A stretch of 64,000 nt of DNA from an uncultured delta proteobacterium (GTDB lineage Bacteria; Desulfobacterota; Binatia; UBA9968). The stretch covers positions 544,001-608,000 of the forward strand of contig CAVUZH010000013.1 of the NCBI GenBank assembly GCA_963745835.1. Reading direction: 5' to 3'. The notes beneath the pieces are model-generated. The model was given only the letters and a program-made list of their open reading frames with translations, was not told the DNA's origin and searched no databases. A program made the translations under genes and the position numbers. Below are positions 49,770 to 60,401 of this stretch, piece by piece (position 1 is the stretch's first letter; every line of letters starts with the position of its first letter).

Positions 49770-49940
49770 TGTTTGCCGCTTCATCCAAATGCTTGCCGAC
49801 GTGAGACCCATGAAGGATATCGCCGCGTCAATCTCCAACCGGGCCGCACCGAGAAATGCCAATAGGCGTCGAAGCAGAAGCCGATGAAGGCATTTTTCCG
49901 TTGCACCTTGCATGGGACTTAAGTCCTCGATGATGGCGGC
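49770..49940 (-). pseudogene. Dienelactone hydrolase-like fragment
   Basis: Across frames: IGFCF...FLGAARL.IDAA.SFHG..VGKHLDEA. Confidence 0.5.
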
Positions 49941-49942
49941 AG

Positions 49943-52211
49943 TTATCTGATTTCGCGCGCGCCCCTAACGCTTTTCATCGCATCGTAAACCGCCTCGGCG
50001 CTCAACGGTAAATTCGGTAATTTGTTTGCCGATGGCGTCGTAAAGCGCGTTGGCAATGCACGGTGCGGTTGGCACCGCGCTGTGTTCGCCTATCGGTTTG
50101 CTATGAAACGGTCCGGGGCCGTCTTGATCTTGGAACAGCAGAGTTTCAAGTGGCGGCACATCGGCGGCGCACGGAATTTTGTATTCGCCCAGGTTGGGCG
50201 TGATGATTTTGCCTTCGTCGTCGCGCAGATTTTCCATCAGCGCGAAGCCTAGGCCCTGCATCATGCCGCCTTCGACCTGCCCTTGATAAGTGAGCGGATT
50301 GATCACCGTGCCGGTGTCATGAGCGGAAAGCATTTTGAGAATTTTTACTTTGCCGGTCTCCGGATCGACTTTGATCTTCGCCGCCTGGGCGAAAAAACAG
50401 GCGGTGCCACCGCGCTCTTGGATTTGAAAATTCGCTTTGACCTGGAGCTTTCGTCCGGCCGAGACGGCGCGTGCAGCTAACTCGGCAAAAGAGATTTTTT
50501 GTTTGGCGCCGTTACGGAGAACACCTTTACCAATCCGCAGTCTCTCGACCGGGCAGCCAAAAATTTCTGCGGCCTCAACGTGAAGCAGATCGCGCAAACC
50601 GCCGGCGGCTTTTTGGCTTGCTTGACCCGCAAGATAAGTCACCCGGCTGGCGGCGACGGCGACATCGGTTGGGAAATGGTCCGTGGTGCCCATGACAATT
50701 TCAATATCGCCGGCGGCAACGCTAAGCGTCTCGGCGGCGATTTGGCGGAAAATCGTGTGGGAGCCGGTGCCGGTGTCGGGAACGGTGGTGACCAGATAAA
50801 CTCGGCCATCGTCTTTCAGGCCAATCTCGATGTTGGCTTCGCCGATGCCGATCTCGCGGATGCAAAACGCCAGCCCTTGACCGACGTAAGGTCGCCTCTT
50901 TCTCGCGCCGTTCCAGCCGATTTTCGCCGCAACCCGTTTGAGCAGTTGGCGCGCCTTATCGTCTTCGAGCCGCACACCATAAGGCAGTAGGTCGCCGCGC
51001 TTGAGCAGGTTGCGGTAGCGGAATTCGATCGGGTCCATTTTGATTTGCGCGGCAAGAAAATCGGTGTGGCTTTCAACCGCGAACAGCATCTGAGCTTCAC
51101 CGGGGGCGCGCATGATGCCGCTCGGAACGCAATTGGTGTAAACCGACAAGGCGTCGATCTTGAGATGAGGAATGAAGTAAGGGCCGGCGCCGTGGCGCGC
51201 GCCCGGTAGATTCACGTTCTCGCTGTTTTTAAATCCGGCGTAAGCGCCGCTGTTGAAGATCACTCCGACTTCCCTGGCCCAAAGTCTGCCGTCGCGCTTG
51301 AGGCCAGTTTTGATCGTGATCAGCGCCGGGTGGCGCGGGTTGGCGGCGGTCAATTCTTCACTATAGCTCATGATCATCTTGACCGGCCGGCCGGTGGCTT
51401 TGGCCAGCGAGTAGCAGAGCGGAATGTCCATGAGCGAAGCTTTACCGCCGAAGTCGCCGCCCACCGGGCTGATCTGGAAGCAGATTTCTTCTTCCGGCAA
51501 ATCGAGCCATTCGGCGAGATGCGATCGAGTAACGTAAGGACCCTTGGCAGGACACCAGACGATGATCCGCCCCGACGCTTCGATATCGACGACCACGGCG
51601 TGGGGCTCGAGATAGCCGTGATGCACGCGCGGCGTGGTGAAGGTCTGTTCAAAAATCAGCTCGGACTCTTGAAATCCTTGCGCGACGTCGCCGAAGACCG
51701 ACTGAACGCGAGAATGAACGTTGGGAATATCGGGCAGCGGCAATCGGAGAATTTCGTAACTGCCCAAGTTCGGATGCAGAAGCGGCGCCTTGGCAGCCAT
51801 GGCTTCGATCGGGTCATGGACCGATTGCATTTCTTCGTAATCGACGACAATCCGGCTGAGCGACTCTTCGGCGATCTCAGGCGTTTGCGCCGCGACCACC
51901 GCCACCCGCTCACCAATGAAACGCACGGTTTGCTGCGCCAGCACCGGCATGTCCTTCAATCTTCGGCCGACCAAGCGGCGCGGCAAGTCGGCGGCGGTGA
52001 GAACGGCAAAGACGCCTGGGATTTTTTTCGCCGCGGCAGTATCGATGCTGCGAATGCGCGCATGGGCATAGGGGCTGCGCAGGCATTTACCCCAGATCAT
52101 GCCGGGCCGTTGGATATCCGCGGCGTAGCGCATGGCGCCGGATACTTTCGCCTGCCCGTCGAGACGGGTTGCTGATCTGCCGATTTGGGTGAGCGGCTGT
52201 GCCATCGTCAA
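49943..52211 (-). CDS. Xanthine dehydrogenase-family molybdopterin-binding subunit; probable frameshift in the last ~20 codons
   Basis: GGDFGGK, MRAPG, GQVEGG..QGLG.AL and KPIGE; an alternative frame restores LPLSAEAVYDAM (stop at 49943). Confidence 0.88.
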
Positions 52212-52219
52212 CGCCGTTT

Positions 52220-54556
52220 CTATGAGCGAGAGTTGCGGATCTTGATCAGGTCCATCGTCGTCGCACCGCGCAACGATTTTGCCGATCGCGGTCCAGCCCG
52301 CTGTGCAGCGGCCCGTTGGCGCAGCGCGGCGAAAACTTTTTCCGCAGTGATCGGCAGATCGGTGATCTGTACGCCGATTGCGTCGTAGACGGCGTTGGCT
52401 ATCGCCGCAGCTGTCGGGATCGCGCCGTGCTCGCCGATTTGTTTGGCTTGAAACGGCCCGGGGCCGGTGTGATCTCTGACGTAGAGCGTTTCATGCTCCG
52501 GTATGTCGCGGATGTTGGGCAGCTTGTACTCGCCCAGGTTGGCGGTGACAACCTTGCCGTCCTCGATGGCGAGATCTTCGCTCATCGCGAAGCCGAAACC
52601 CTGGATCATGCCGCCTTCGACCTGTCCACGATGGGTGAGCGGGTTGATGATGGTTCCGACATCATGGCCAGAGATCACCTTGCGCACTTTCACCTGTCCG
52701 GTTTCCGGATCGACCGTGACTTCCGCCGCCTCGGCAAAGAAGCACATGGCGCCGAGCCGCTCTTTGATATCGATGCTGCCGCGCGCGCTCAAGGATCCAT
52801 CATTCGATTTCGCCCGCTCGGCGAGATCGGCGAAGTTGACTTTTGAGCGTTTCGGTCCGACGGCGGCACCTCGCTCCAAACGGACCGCGTGCGGCGAACA
52901 GCCGAGCACGGTCGCCGACAGCTGAAGGAGCTTGTCGCGCATTGCGAAGGCTGCCTGTTGGACCGCTTGTCCGCTCAAGTAGGTGACCAGACTGGCGATC
53001 ACTCTGACATCGGTCGGGAACATTTCCGTGGTGCCCATTCTAACTGCAACATCGTCGGCTGAAACCGTGAGCGCTTCGGCGACGATCTGGCGAAAAATTG
53101 TGTGCGCGCCGGTGCCGGTATCGGGAACCGTTGTCAGGATGTACGCCGCGCCATTTTCACTGACGCCGACGTCTATATTCGCCGCGCCGAAATTGACGTC
53201 GCGCGAAGCCAAAGCAAGACCTCGACCGACATAAGGGATTTTCTTTCCGCGCCCGCGCGGCTGGATTCCGCGACGCATCTTTTCCAACAGGCGCTGTCCC
53301 ATGTCGGTATTCACACGCTGGCCGCTGATCAGCAGGTCGCCGGGTTTGAGGACATTAAGGCGACGAAACCGATAGGGATCCATGCCGAGGCGGCGCGCGA
53401 CGTAATCCATGTGCGATTCGACGGCGAAGATGACTTGAAGATCGCCGGGACCTCGCATGATGCCGCCGGGAATGCAGTTGGTGTAGACGCACAGTGACTG
53501 AATGTACGAATGGGGAATCGCGTAGGAGCCGTTGCCATGACGCGAGCCGGGCAGATTGCCGTTGCTGCTTTCTTTGATGCCGGCGTAGGCGCCGCCGTTG
53601 AATACAGCTTTCAATTCTCTGGCCCAGAGCCGGCCATCCTTTTTGACGCCGGTCTTGATCGTAATGACCGAGGCGTGGCGCGGGTTAGCGGCGCTCAACT
53701 CTTCGGCATAACTCATGATCATCTTCACCGGTCTGCCGGTGACCTTAGCGAGAAAGTAGCAAAGCGGCAGGTCCATAAGCGTGCCCTTGCCGCCGAAGTC
53801 GCCGCCAACGGCGCCGACTTGGAAGATAATCTTTTCTTGATCGACGCCAAGCCACTCGGCTAGATTTGCTCGCGTGAGATAGACCTGCTTGGCCGTGGAC
53901 CAGATCAAGATTTTTTCCGACGCCTCGACTTGGACGACGACGGCATGAGGTTCGAGATAGCCCTGGTGCGCCCGCTGAGTGGTGAAGCTCTGCTCGAAGA
54001 CGAAATCCGCCTCGGCGAATCCTTGCCGGTGATCTCCAGAGCGCCATTCGGCGCAGTTATGCAGGTTAGGAACATCCGGCAGTGGCGGACGCAGTCCCTC
54101 GTAGCTTCTGAGCTGCTCGTGGACTAGCGGCGCGCCGGCTGCCATCGCTTGCAGCGGATCGTAAACAGCGGGCAGTTCCTCGTAGTCCACCTCGATCCGG
54201 CTTAAAGCTTCTTCGGCAATGTGCGGCGCCGCCGCGCCAACTACTGCGACCCGCTCGCCGATAAAGCGCACCCGATCTTTGGCGAGTACCGGCATGTCTT
54301 TCAAGATGATTCCGGTCAAACGATCAGGAAGATCGGCCGCAGTGAGCACCGCGAAAACGCCTTTCAGATTTTTCGCTTTTTCGACATCGAGGCGTCGGAT
54401 GCGCGCATGCGGCAGCGGGCTGCGCAGGCACTTGCCCCAAATCATATTGGGCAAACTGTGGTCCGCGGTGTAGCGGGTGGCGCCGGTGACTTTCGTTGCG
54501 CCGTCGAGGCGGCGCACCGAGGTGCCCACCGAGGAAAATTTTTGCCGCGAGTTCAC
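52220..54556 (-). CDS. Xanthine dehydrogenase-family molybdopterin-binding subunit (paralogue)
   Basis: KVTG..RY.AD, GGDFGGK, MRGPG, KQIGE and DLPITAEKV; likely GTG start at 54556. Confidence 0.9.
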   Translation of the reverse strand: MNSRQKFSSVGTSVRRLDGATKVTGATRYTADHSLPNMIWGKCLRSPLPHARIRRLDVEKAKNLKGVFAVLTAADLPDRLTGIILKDMPVLAKDRVRFIGERVAVVGAAAPHIAEEALSRIEVDYEELPAVYDPLQAMAAGAPLVHEQLRSYEGLRPPLPDVPNLHNCAEWRSGDHRQGFAEADFVFEQSFTTQRAHQGYLEPHAVVVQVEASEKILIWSTAKQVYLTRANLAEWLGVDQEKIIFQVGAVGGDFGGKGTLMDLPLCYFLAKVTGRPVKMIMSYAEELSAANPRHASVITIKTGVKKDGRLWARELKAVFNGGAYAGIKESSNGNLPGSRHGNGSYAIPHSYIQSLCVYTNCIPGGIMRGPGDLQVIFAVESHMDYVARRLGMDPYRFRRLNVLKPGDLLISGQRVNTDMGQRLLEKMRRGIQPRGRGKKIPYVGRGLALASRDVNFGAANIDVGVSENGAAYILTTVPDTGTGAHTIFRQIVAEALTVSADDVAVRMGTTEMFPTDVRVIASLVTYLSGQAVQQAAFAMRDKLLQLSATVLGCSPHAVRLERGAAVGPKRSKVNFADLAERAKSNDGSLSARGSIDIKERLGAMCFFAEAAEVTVDPETGQVKVRKVISGHDVGTIINPLTHRGQVEGGMIQGFGFAMSEDLAIEDGKVVTANLGEYKLPNIRDIPEHETLYVRDHTGPGPFQAKQIGEHGAIPTAAAIANAVYDAIGVQITDLPITAEKVFAALRQRAAAQRAGPRSAKSLRGATTMDLIKIRNSRS

Positions 54557-54638
54557 GTCAAATATTGGCCGAGAAATTTTTTCAGTCGAAGCCGCAAGAT
54601 AAAGTGAAAAAGCGCAGGGTGTCAATCTATGGGCGAAT

Positions 54639-54793
54639 AAATCCGAATACCGAATAGCGAAATCCGAAACAAGCGATGAGACAAACAAATTCAAATCTCA
54701 AATGGTATCCAACACACCAAATACAAGCGTTTCGAATTTTCCTCTTTTGAGAATTCGGATTTGTTTCGAATTTCGGATTTCGGGCTTCGAATT
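54639..54793. repeat. Inverted array of AAATCCGAA-like ~7-mer repeats
   Basis: aaatccgaataccgaatagcgaaatccgaaacaa ... ttgtttcgaatttcggatttcgggcttcgaatt. Confidence 0.75.
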
Positions 54794-54807
54794 GAATTTT
54801 GACCCTT

Positions 54808-54904
54808 CACCGCAGAGACGCCGAGGACACGAAGTTCGGAAAGGCAGTCTGATTAAGTGGCGAAAATCCATTCTTCTCTCGGTGTCCTTTGTGCCTCTGT
54901 GGTG
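54808..54904. repeat. CACCACAGAG-type REP-like imperfect palindrome
   Basis: caccgcagagacgccgaggacac ... gtgtcctttgtgcctctgtggtg. Confidence 0.7.
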
Positions 54905-55049
54905 CACCTTCGAATCTCTTCATTGCGACGATTATGCATTGACAAGATTTGGGCAAGGGGATAAACGAATTTTGGCATTGTCGTGCGCATGAAACTGACC
55001 AAAAAAAATTCCGTAATTTCACCAACGCCCCTAGAGGAGACAAGGCAAC

Positions 55050-55574
55050 ATGAGTAAGATCGCTCGTCATCCGCGTCATCCCGCGGTCGTCAACATGAGC
55101 CTCGAAGACATTTCGCAGCGCTACACGGTGCGCTTCGCCGACATCAAGCCGGACTGGAGTGTGTTCGGTGATTCGAACTTCGACGGTTACCGTCGAGCGC
55201 AGTTCCGCTATATCGGCCAAACTCTCGGCAAGCCGGAGGTGAGACATATTCCGGCCGGCGCGACGCGCTTGTCTGTGATGTTCGTGCCGCCGGGGGAAGG
55301 CAATGCGCCGCACACGCATCCGGTCGAAGAGGTGTTTTTTATCTTGAAAGGCAATGTGACGGTGTTCTTCGAGGAAGAAGATGGCCGGCGCGTAGAGGAA
55401 AATCTCGGCCCGTGGGACTGCGTCTCCTGCCCTGCTGGAGTCATTCATGGCTTCCACAACAACGGCCTCGAACCGGCTTACTTGCAGGTGATGGTAGGGC
55501 AAACCAAACCAGAGCCAATGGGCTACGCCGATGTGAAGCTTGACGCCAGCGACCCTCACCTCGCGCGCAAGTAG
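55050..55574 (+). CDS. Cupin domain protein
   Basis: PGEGNAPHTHPVEEVFFILKG and PAGVIHGFHN. Confidence 0.88.
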   Translation: MSKIARHPRHPAVVNMSLEDISQRYTVRFADIKPDWSVFGDSNFDGYRRAQFRYIGQTLGKPEVRHIPAGATRLSVMFVPPGEGNAPHTHPVEEVFFILKGNVTVFFEEEDGRRVEENLGPWDCVSCPAGVIHGFHNNGLEPAYLQVMVGQTKPEPMGYADVKLDASDPHLARK

Positions 55575-55621
55575 CTCTTGGAAAACATTTCAACAAACCT
55601 CCGCACGCTCAAGGACGCTCT

Positions 55622-56668
55622 ATGAGTTTAGCAATGTGGCACAGCGTAAAGATCATCGTCGCATCGGTATTACTCCTGAGCGCCGCCGTTTCGGCTACGG
55701 CCCAAGAGTTCTTCAACGGGAAAACCGTCGTGGTGATTGTCGGCACCGCTGCCGGCGGCGGATTCGATACCTACAGCCGCATGATGGCGCGCCATCTTGG
55801 CAAACATCTTCCCGGTAATCCGAGTATTGTCGTGCAGAACATGCCGGGCGCCGGGCAGCTCATCGCCGCCAATCATTTGTACAATAGATCGGCGCCGGAC
55901 GGTTTGACCATCGGCCATTTCTCCGGCTCGGTAATCTTTCGCCATGTGCTGGGCGATAAAGGTGCGATGTTCGACGGCAGGAAATTTGGCTGGCTCGGCA
56001 CGCCCGCGCCGGAGCGCCACGCCTGCGTGGTCACGGAAAAAACCGGCGTGAAAACGTTGGCGGATTGGTCCGCATCCAAGCGGCCGCTCAAGTTCGGCGC
56101 GCTTGGGCCGGGTAACTCGACGTCGGCCTGGCCCCATCTGCTCAAGTCGACATTGGGTGTTCCGCTCAGCGTCATCGAAGGGTTCAAAGGAACTTCCGAC
56201 GTTCGGCTCGCGGCGGAGTCCGGCGAAGTCGATGGCGGATGTTGGGGCTGGGATTCGATTAAGGTCACCTGGGCGAAAGGACTCGACTCGGGATTCATTC
56301 GGCCGTTAATCCAGACCACGCTCGAGCCCCATCCGGATCTAACCGATGTTGCAGTCGCAATTCAGCACGCCAAGAGCAAAGACGACCAAGCGCTGCTGCG
56401 GCTTGCGGCGCAAGCCTACGGCCCCGCCTCCATCGCTTACTCTCTGCCGCCGGGCATGCCCAAGGATCGCTCGCAAATTTTGCAGACAGCTTTTATGGCG
56501 ACAATGAAGGATGCCGACTTCTTGGCCGAAGCGAAAAAGGCGAACCTGGTAGTCAGTCCGCTCGATGGACCGACGATTGAGCAGACGGTGGCGGAACTCT
56601 ACCGCGCCGAGCCCAAACTTCTCGAGCGCTTCCGCGACGTCATCGAGGTATCACAGCCGCAGCGCTAA
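55622..56668 (+). CDS. TctC/Bug-family solute-binding protein
   Basis: GGGFD.YSR..ARHLGKHLPGNP.IVVQNMPGAG, PDGLT and A.ESGEVDG. Confidence 0.9.
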   Translation: MSLAMWHSVKIIVASVLLLSAAVSATAQEFFNGKTVVVIVGTAAGGGFDTYSRMMARHLGKHLPGNPSIVVQNMPGAGQLIAANHLYNRSAPDGLTIGHFSGSVIFRHVLGDKGAMFDGRKFGWLGTPAPERHACVVTEKTGVKTLADWSASKRPLKFGALGPGNSTSAWPHLLKSTLGVPLSVIEGFKGTSDVRLAAESGEVDGGCWGWDSIKVTWAKGLDSGFIRPLIQTTLEPHPDLTDVAVAIQHAKSKDDQALLRLAAQAYGPASIAYSLPPGMPKDRSQILQTAFMATMKDADFLAEAKKANLVVSPLDGPTIEQTVAELYRAEPKLLERFRDVIEVSQPQR

Positions 56669-57005
56669 CGGTCGTGTCAGCTCATCACTTAAGTCCGTGA
56701 AGCATTTATCCGCCAAAAGACATAGCGGTGCTGTCGTCCGGGATTCATGACACGGTAGAACGTTCCTGGATATTCGATTCACGTTTGGGCTCATCGGGTC
56801 TCTTTGGGGTGCCGTCGTTGCTCAACGTGTTGCGCTACTCGGGCAGTATCGCAACCGCCCGGCGCGATTCTCCGGAGCCGAGAGACTTAGCTTCACCCCA
56901 CTCGGCCCCTCAGAGAAGTAGCCGGTCGGTATATTTTTATCGCTTAAGTTCCTTCAGGATGCTAAAGCATTCGGGGCACGGCGATGACTCGGAACGCCAA
57001 CACGG

Positions 57006-58144
57006 TTAGATTAGATCCCGGCTTCTCGCAGTCAGCGTAAAATTCTTTCCTGGCGATCAATTCAGCTCCTAAGCCGAAAAGCATCACCAGAGGGACCACG
57101 AGCCAACCAACCACAGGAATGATGGCAAGGATATAATAGACAAATAGCTCCCACGACCAAGGCCGAGGCACGGCTCGGGGTCGGTCGCAATCGAGCGAGG
57201 ATCGATTCACCAATTCGGCCGATAGCGTAGATTCGCGACCAGTAGAGCAGTATGAAAAACGCGGCCAGAAGAATCAGTCCAATCGGTATGGCCACAATTG
57301 TTGCGAACAGGAGCGCGCATACCACCGGCACGACGACTGCCGCGACAAATCCTATGCCCAGTGATGCCCATGGTTTCTCCCTGAGAGTAGTGATCACCGA
57401 TTGATGATATCGCGGAAGAAAACGGGCCGAGAGAAGTCCGAGGATCAAGGTGCAGACAAAATTAATCGACACGAACACGAGCCAGGCAAATAACGCGGCC
57501 GGAAAAATGCGCGGCCGTTTCGGCGGAACGTTTCGGACGATCTTCCCTTTAACACGCGCTCCTTCGCTAACTGCGGCCTCCTGACCGCTCCAGTAGCTCA
57601 CGTTGCCGTCGATCTCGGCTCTGGAGGTGATGCGAAGTGTCCCTACAGCCGCTTCGACGTCTCCGGCGATCCGATTCGCTATGACGAGCGTTCCCGCCGC
57701 GATCTTTGCCGCGCTGCCTACAGGTGCCGCCAAGTCGACGCTGCCGCCTGCTGCAACGACAGCGCCGCGGACGACTGCCGATGGAGCGATCTCCACGTTC
57801 CCTCCAGCAACGGTCAAGTTTCTGCCGACGTTGCCGGTAATCGATACCTGGCCGCCGGCAGCCCGCACGTCCTGAGAAACGGTTCCAGATAAACTGACTC
57901 TGCCGCCGGCGACGAGAACATCGCCGTTGACACGTCCGTCGATAGCGATTTGACCGCCCGATGCGTAAAGATCACCGTTGATAGTCCCGGAGATCTCTAC
58001 CGTTTGGCCAAGTGCAAAGTAGTCGCCGTCTACGACCTGCGAGGCAGGCACCGTTACTTGGCGGCCGCGCTCCTGCGCCGCCGCGATCGAGAGAACGAAT
58101 AAAAGCGCGGCGACACTCACGGCGGTAACGATTCGCTGCTTCAA
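57006..58144 (-). CDS. Polymer-forming (bactofilin-like beta-helix) membrane protein, frameshifted near the 3' end
   Basis: Signal peptide, repeated V.I.G.V.GD...AGG units and C-terminal TM helices continuing in another frame (IPVVGWL...LFGLGA). Confidence 0.7.
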
Positions 58145-58400
58145 GCAATCTCCTTCCTATTTAATTAAAGGCTAGCAAACAGCGATCCGTACAGGAAGAC
58201 TTCGCCGGTCGAAGAAACTAAGGTCGAGCTAGAAGTTTATCTAAGAGAGCTGAGAAGCTTTCATGAGTGACTTTGCTGACCTTACTGCTTCTTTCGTCCG
58301 AGCAAAATTTTCGCGTTGTATCAGTCCAACAGCCGATTGACATAGAGTTCGCTTTCTTATTAGCGTCGGCTGCACATACTCTCGCCTGAGGAGGAATAGT

Positions 58401-59315
58401 ATGAAGCCGAAGCCCACGGTGGTCATCGCCGCGTTCCTCTCTATCGCATTGGCTGCTCTCGCCTATAGCCAGGAGCTGCCGCCCAATATCAAAAAGATCA
58501 AAGAAGGCATCTACGTCTATGTGGGGAACAACTTCAACTCCAATTGCGGCATCGTAGTCACTCAGGAAGGCGTAGTGCTGATCGATAGCGGTCACAATCC
58601 TACCGATTCGCTGCGGATCCTCGATGCGGTGAAAAAAATAAGCACGCTGCCGATTCGGTTTTTAATCGACACAGAACCTCATCCGGACCATACGACCGGC
58701 CATTTTGTATTTTCTCCGCCCGCGACCGTGATCGCGCACGAAGGCGCTACCGAATCCATGATCAATCGCGAAAAAGAAACGCCAGGTCGTATCGAAAAAC
58801 TCGCCGGAGTCGCGCCTGAGATGCGCAAAGCGCTGGAAGGCTATCGGTTCGTGCCGCCGCAGATCGAGTACCGAGGAAAGATGACTTTGAATCTCGGCGA
58901 ACGGACATTCGAGCTGCTGTACTTGAAGGGCGTTCACAGCGAGGCAGACAGCGCCGTGTGGCTGCCCAAAGAGCGCGTGCTCTTTTCGGCATCGGGAATC
59001 GTCGTCGATCAATTCAATATTCTTCGTCCGTTCGTGACCATTCCCGACATATTGGCCGCATCGAAGATGATGAAGGCATTGAATCCTGAAATCGTCGTGC
59101 CCGGACATGGAACACCGGGAACGGTGAAAATCTTTGACGATACCGAGAAATATTACGCGCTGCTGGTAGAGCGCGTCGGCCAAATGGTTAAGGAAGGCAA
59201 ATCGCTCGACGAAATCAAAAAGGAGCTAAAGATGCCCGAGTACGACCATTGGGCGACCAAGGAGCGCTTCCCGACTAATGTGGAAGCCGCGTACAAAGTC
59301 GTCAAAGGTGGTTAG
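58401..59315 (+). CDS. Exported metallo-beta-lactamase-fold protein with atypical motif
   Basis: GVVLIDSG, TEPHPDH, HSEAD and VPGHG; signal peptide. Confidence 0.85.
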   Translation: MKPKPTVVIAAFLSIALAALAYSQELPPNIKKIKEGIYVYVGNNFNSNCGIVVTQEGVVLIDSGHNPTDSLRILDAVKKISTLPIRFLIDTEPHPDHTTGHFVFSPPATVIAHEGATESMINREKETPGRIEKLAGVAPEMRKALEGYRFVPPQIEYRGKMTLNLGERTFELLYLKGVHSEADSAVWLPKERVLFSASGIVVDQFNILRPFVTIPDILAASKMMKALNPEIVVPGHGTPGTVKIFDDTEKYYALLVERVGQMVKEGKSLDEIKKELKMPEYDHWATKERFPTNVEAAYKVVKGG

Positions 59316-59339
59316 AACCGAAACAGAAAGGAGAATCGG

Positions 59340-60254
59340 ATGAAAACCAAGATTTTTGCCTGTTCGATCCTGCTTGTTTATTTATTTTCACTGACCGCTG
59401 CTGTCGCGCAGGATCTCGGCGCGCAGTTTAAGAAGGTCAAGGAAGGTATCTACGTGTACGCCGCGGTGCTCAACGAAGCCAATTCCACGATCGTTTTGAG
59501 CCAAGACGGCGTCGTGTTGATCGACACGGGGCAGAGTCCGAAAGATTCCCACGTGGTGATGGCGGCTGTGAAGAAACTGACATCCCAGCCGGTGCGCTAC
59601 ATCATCCATACCGAGCCACACCCCGACCACGCCATGGGCGATTTTGTTTTCTCGCCTCCGGCTCTAGTGATCGGCCATGCCGGGTCGACCGATTCGATGA
59701 AAGCCTCCGAGTCGTTTAGCCCGGCACGTATCGAGAAATTGATGTCGACGTCGCCCGAGATGCGCGCGGCCTTCAACGGCTTTCGCCTGGTTACGCCGCA
59801 AATCGAATACCGGGATAGATTGTCGCTCAAAGTTGGCGAGCGCGCGTTGGAACTCTACTATCTGAAGAACGTCCATAGCGAAGCAGACACGGCGATCTGG
59901 CTGCCTCAGGAACGCGTGCTGTTTACGGCGGCTTCGGTTGGAGTGAAACGCTTCGGCAATCATCGAGCGTTTGTCAGCATTCCGGACACCTTGAGCGCGA
60001 TCAAAATGATGAAAGCCCTCAATCCTGAAGTTGTGATTCCCGGCCATGGCGATCCGGGGACGGTCAAGATTCTCGACGACATGGAAAGTTATTACAACAA
60101 GCTCATGGACGGGGTAGCCCAGATGGTCAAACAAGGAAAATCGCTCGACGAAATTAAAAAAGAGTTAAAAATCCCCGGCACCGAGGATTGGGAAGGCAAG
60201 GATCGCTTGGGCAACAATATCGAAGCGGCGTATCGCGGGGTCATGGGCAGATAA
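59340..60254 (+). CDS. Exported MBL-fold protein, tandem paralogue
   Basis: GVVLIDTG, TEPHPDH, HSEAD and IPGHG; strongly similar to the upstream gene. Confidence 0.85.
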   Translation: MKTKIFACSILLVYLFSLTAAVAQDLGAQFKKVKEGIYVYAAVLNEANSTIVLSQDGVVLIDTGQSPKDSHVVMAAVKKLTSQPVRYIIHTEPHPDHAMGDFVFSPPALVIGHAGSTDSMKASESFSPARIEKLMSTSPEMRAAFNGFRLVTPQIEYRDRLSLKVGERALELYYLKNVHSEADTAIWLPQERVLFTAASVGVKRFGNHRAFVSIPDTLSAIKMMKALNPEVVIPGHGDPGTVKILDDMESYYNKLMDGVAQMVKQGKSLDEIKKELKIPGTEDWEGKDRLGNNIEAAYRGVMGR

Positions 60255-60401
60255 GCGGATACTGAAGCCCGAGAAAGTGCGCAGATCCCGGGGGGGATCC
60301 GGTACCTGCAATCCGGTAGTAGATCAAGTGACGCGCCGTTGACTGGTCAACACGGAAGACATCACGCGACTAGGCAAGGATCTTGGGCGGGGTAGCTACG
60401 C

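Noticed and set aside
49943-54556. Aerobic CO dehydrogenase (coxL) assignment
   Set aside because: No AYxCSFR or AYxGAGR loop and no coxS/coxM.
54557-54694. N-terminal extension of the Mo subunit
   Set aside because: It is a translation of the heptad repeat array.
58174-58192. Sigma54-like GG-N10-GC upstream of the bactofilin-like gene
   Set aside because: The -24 element matches TGGCAC poorly.
58401-60254. Metallo-beta-lactamase resistance genes
   Set aside because: Only the fold is shared; the metal ligands differ from subclasses B1-B3.
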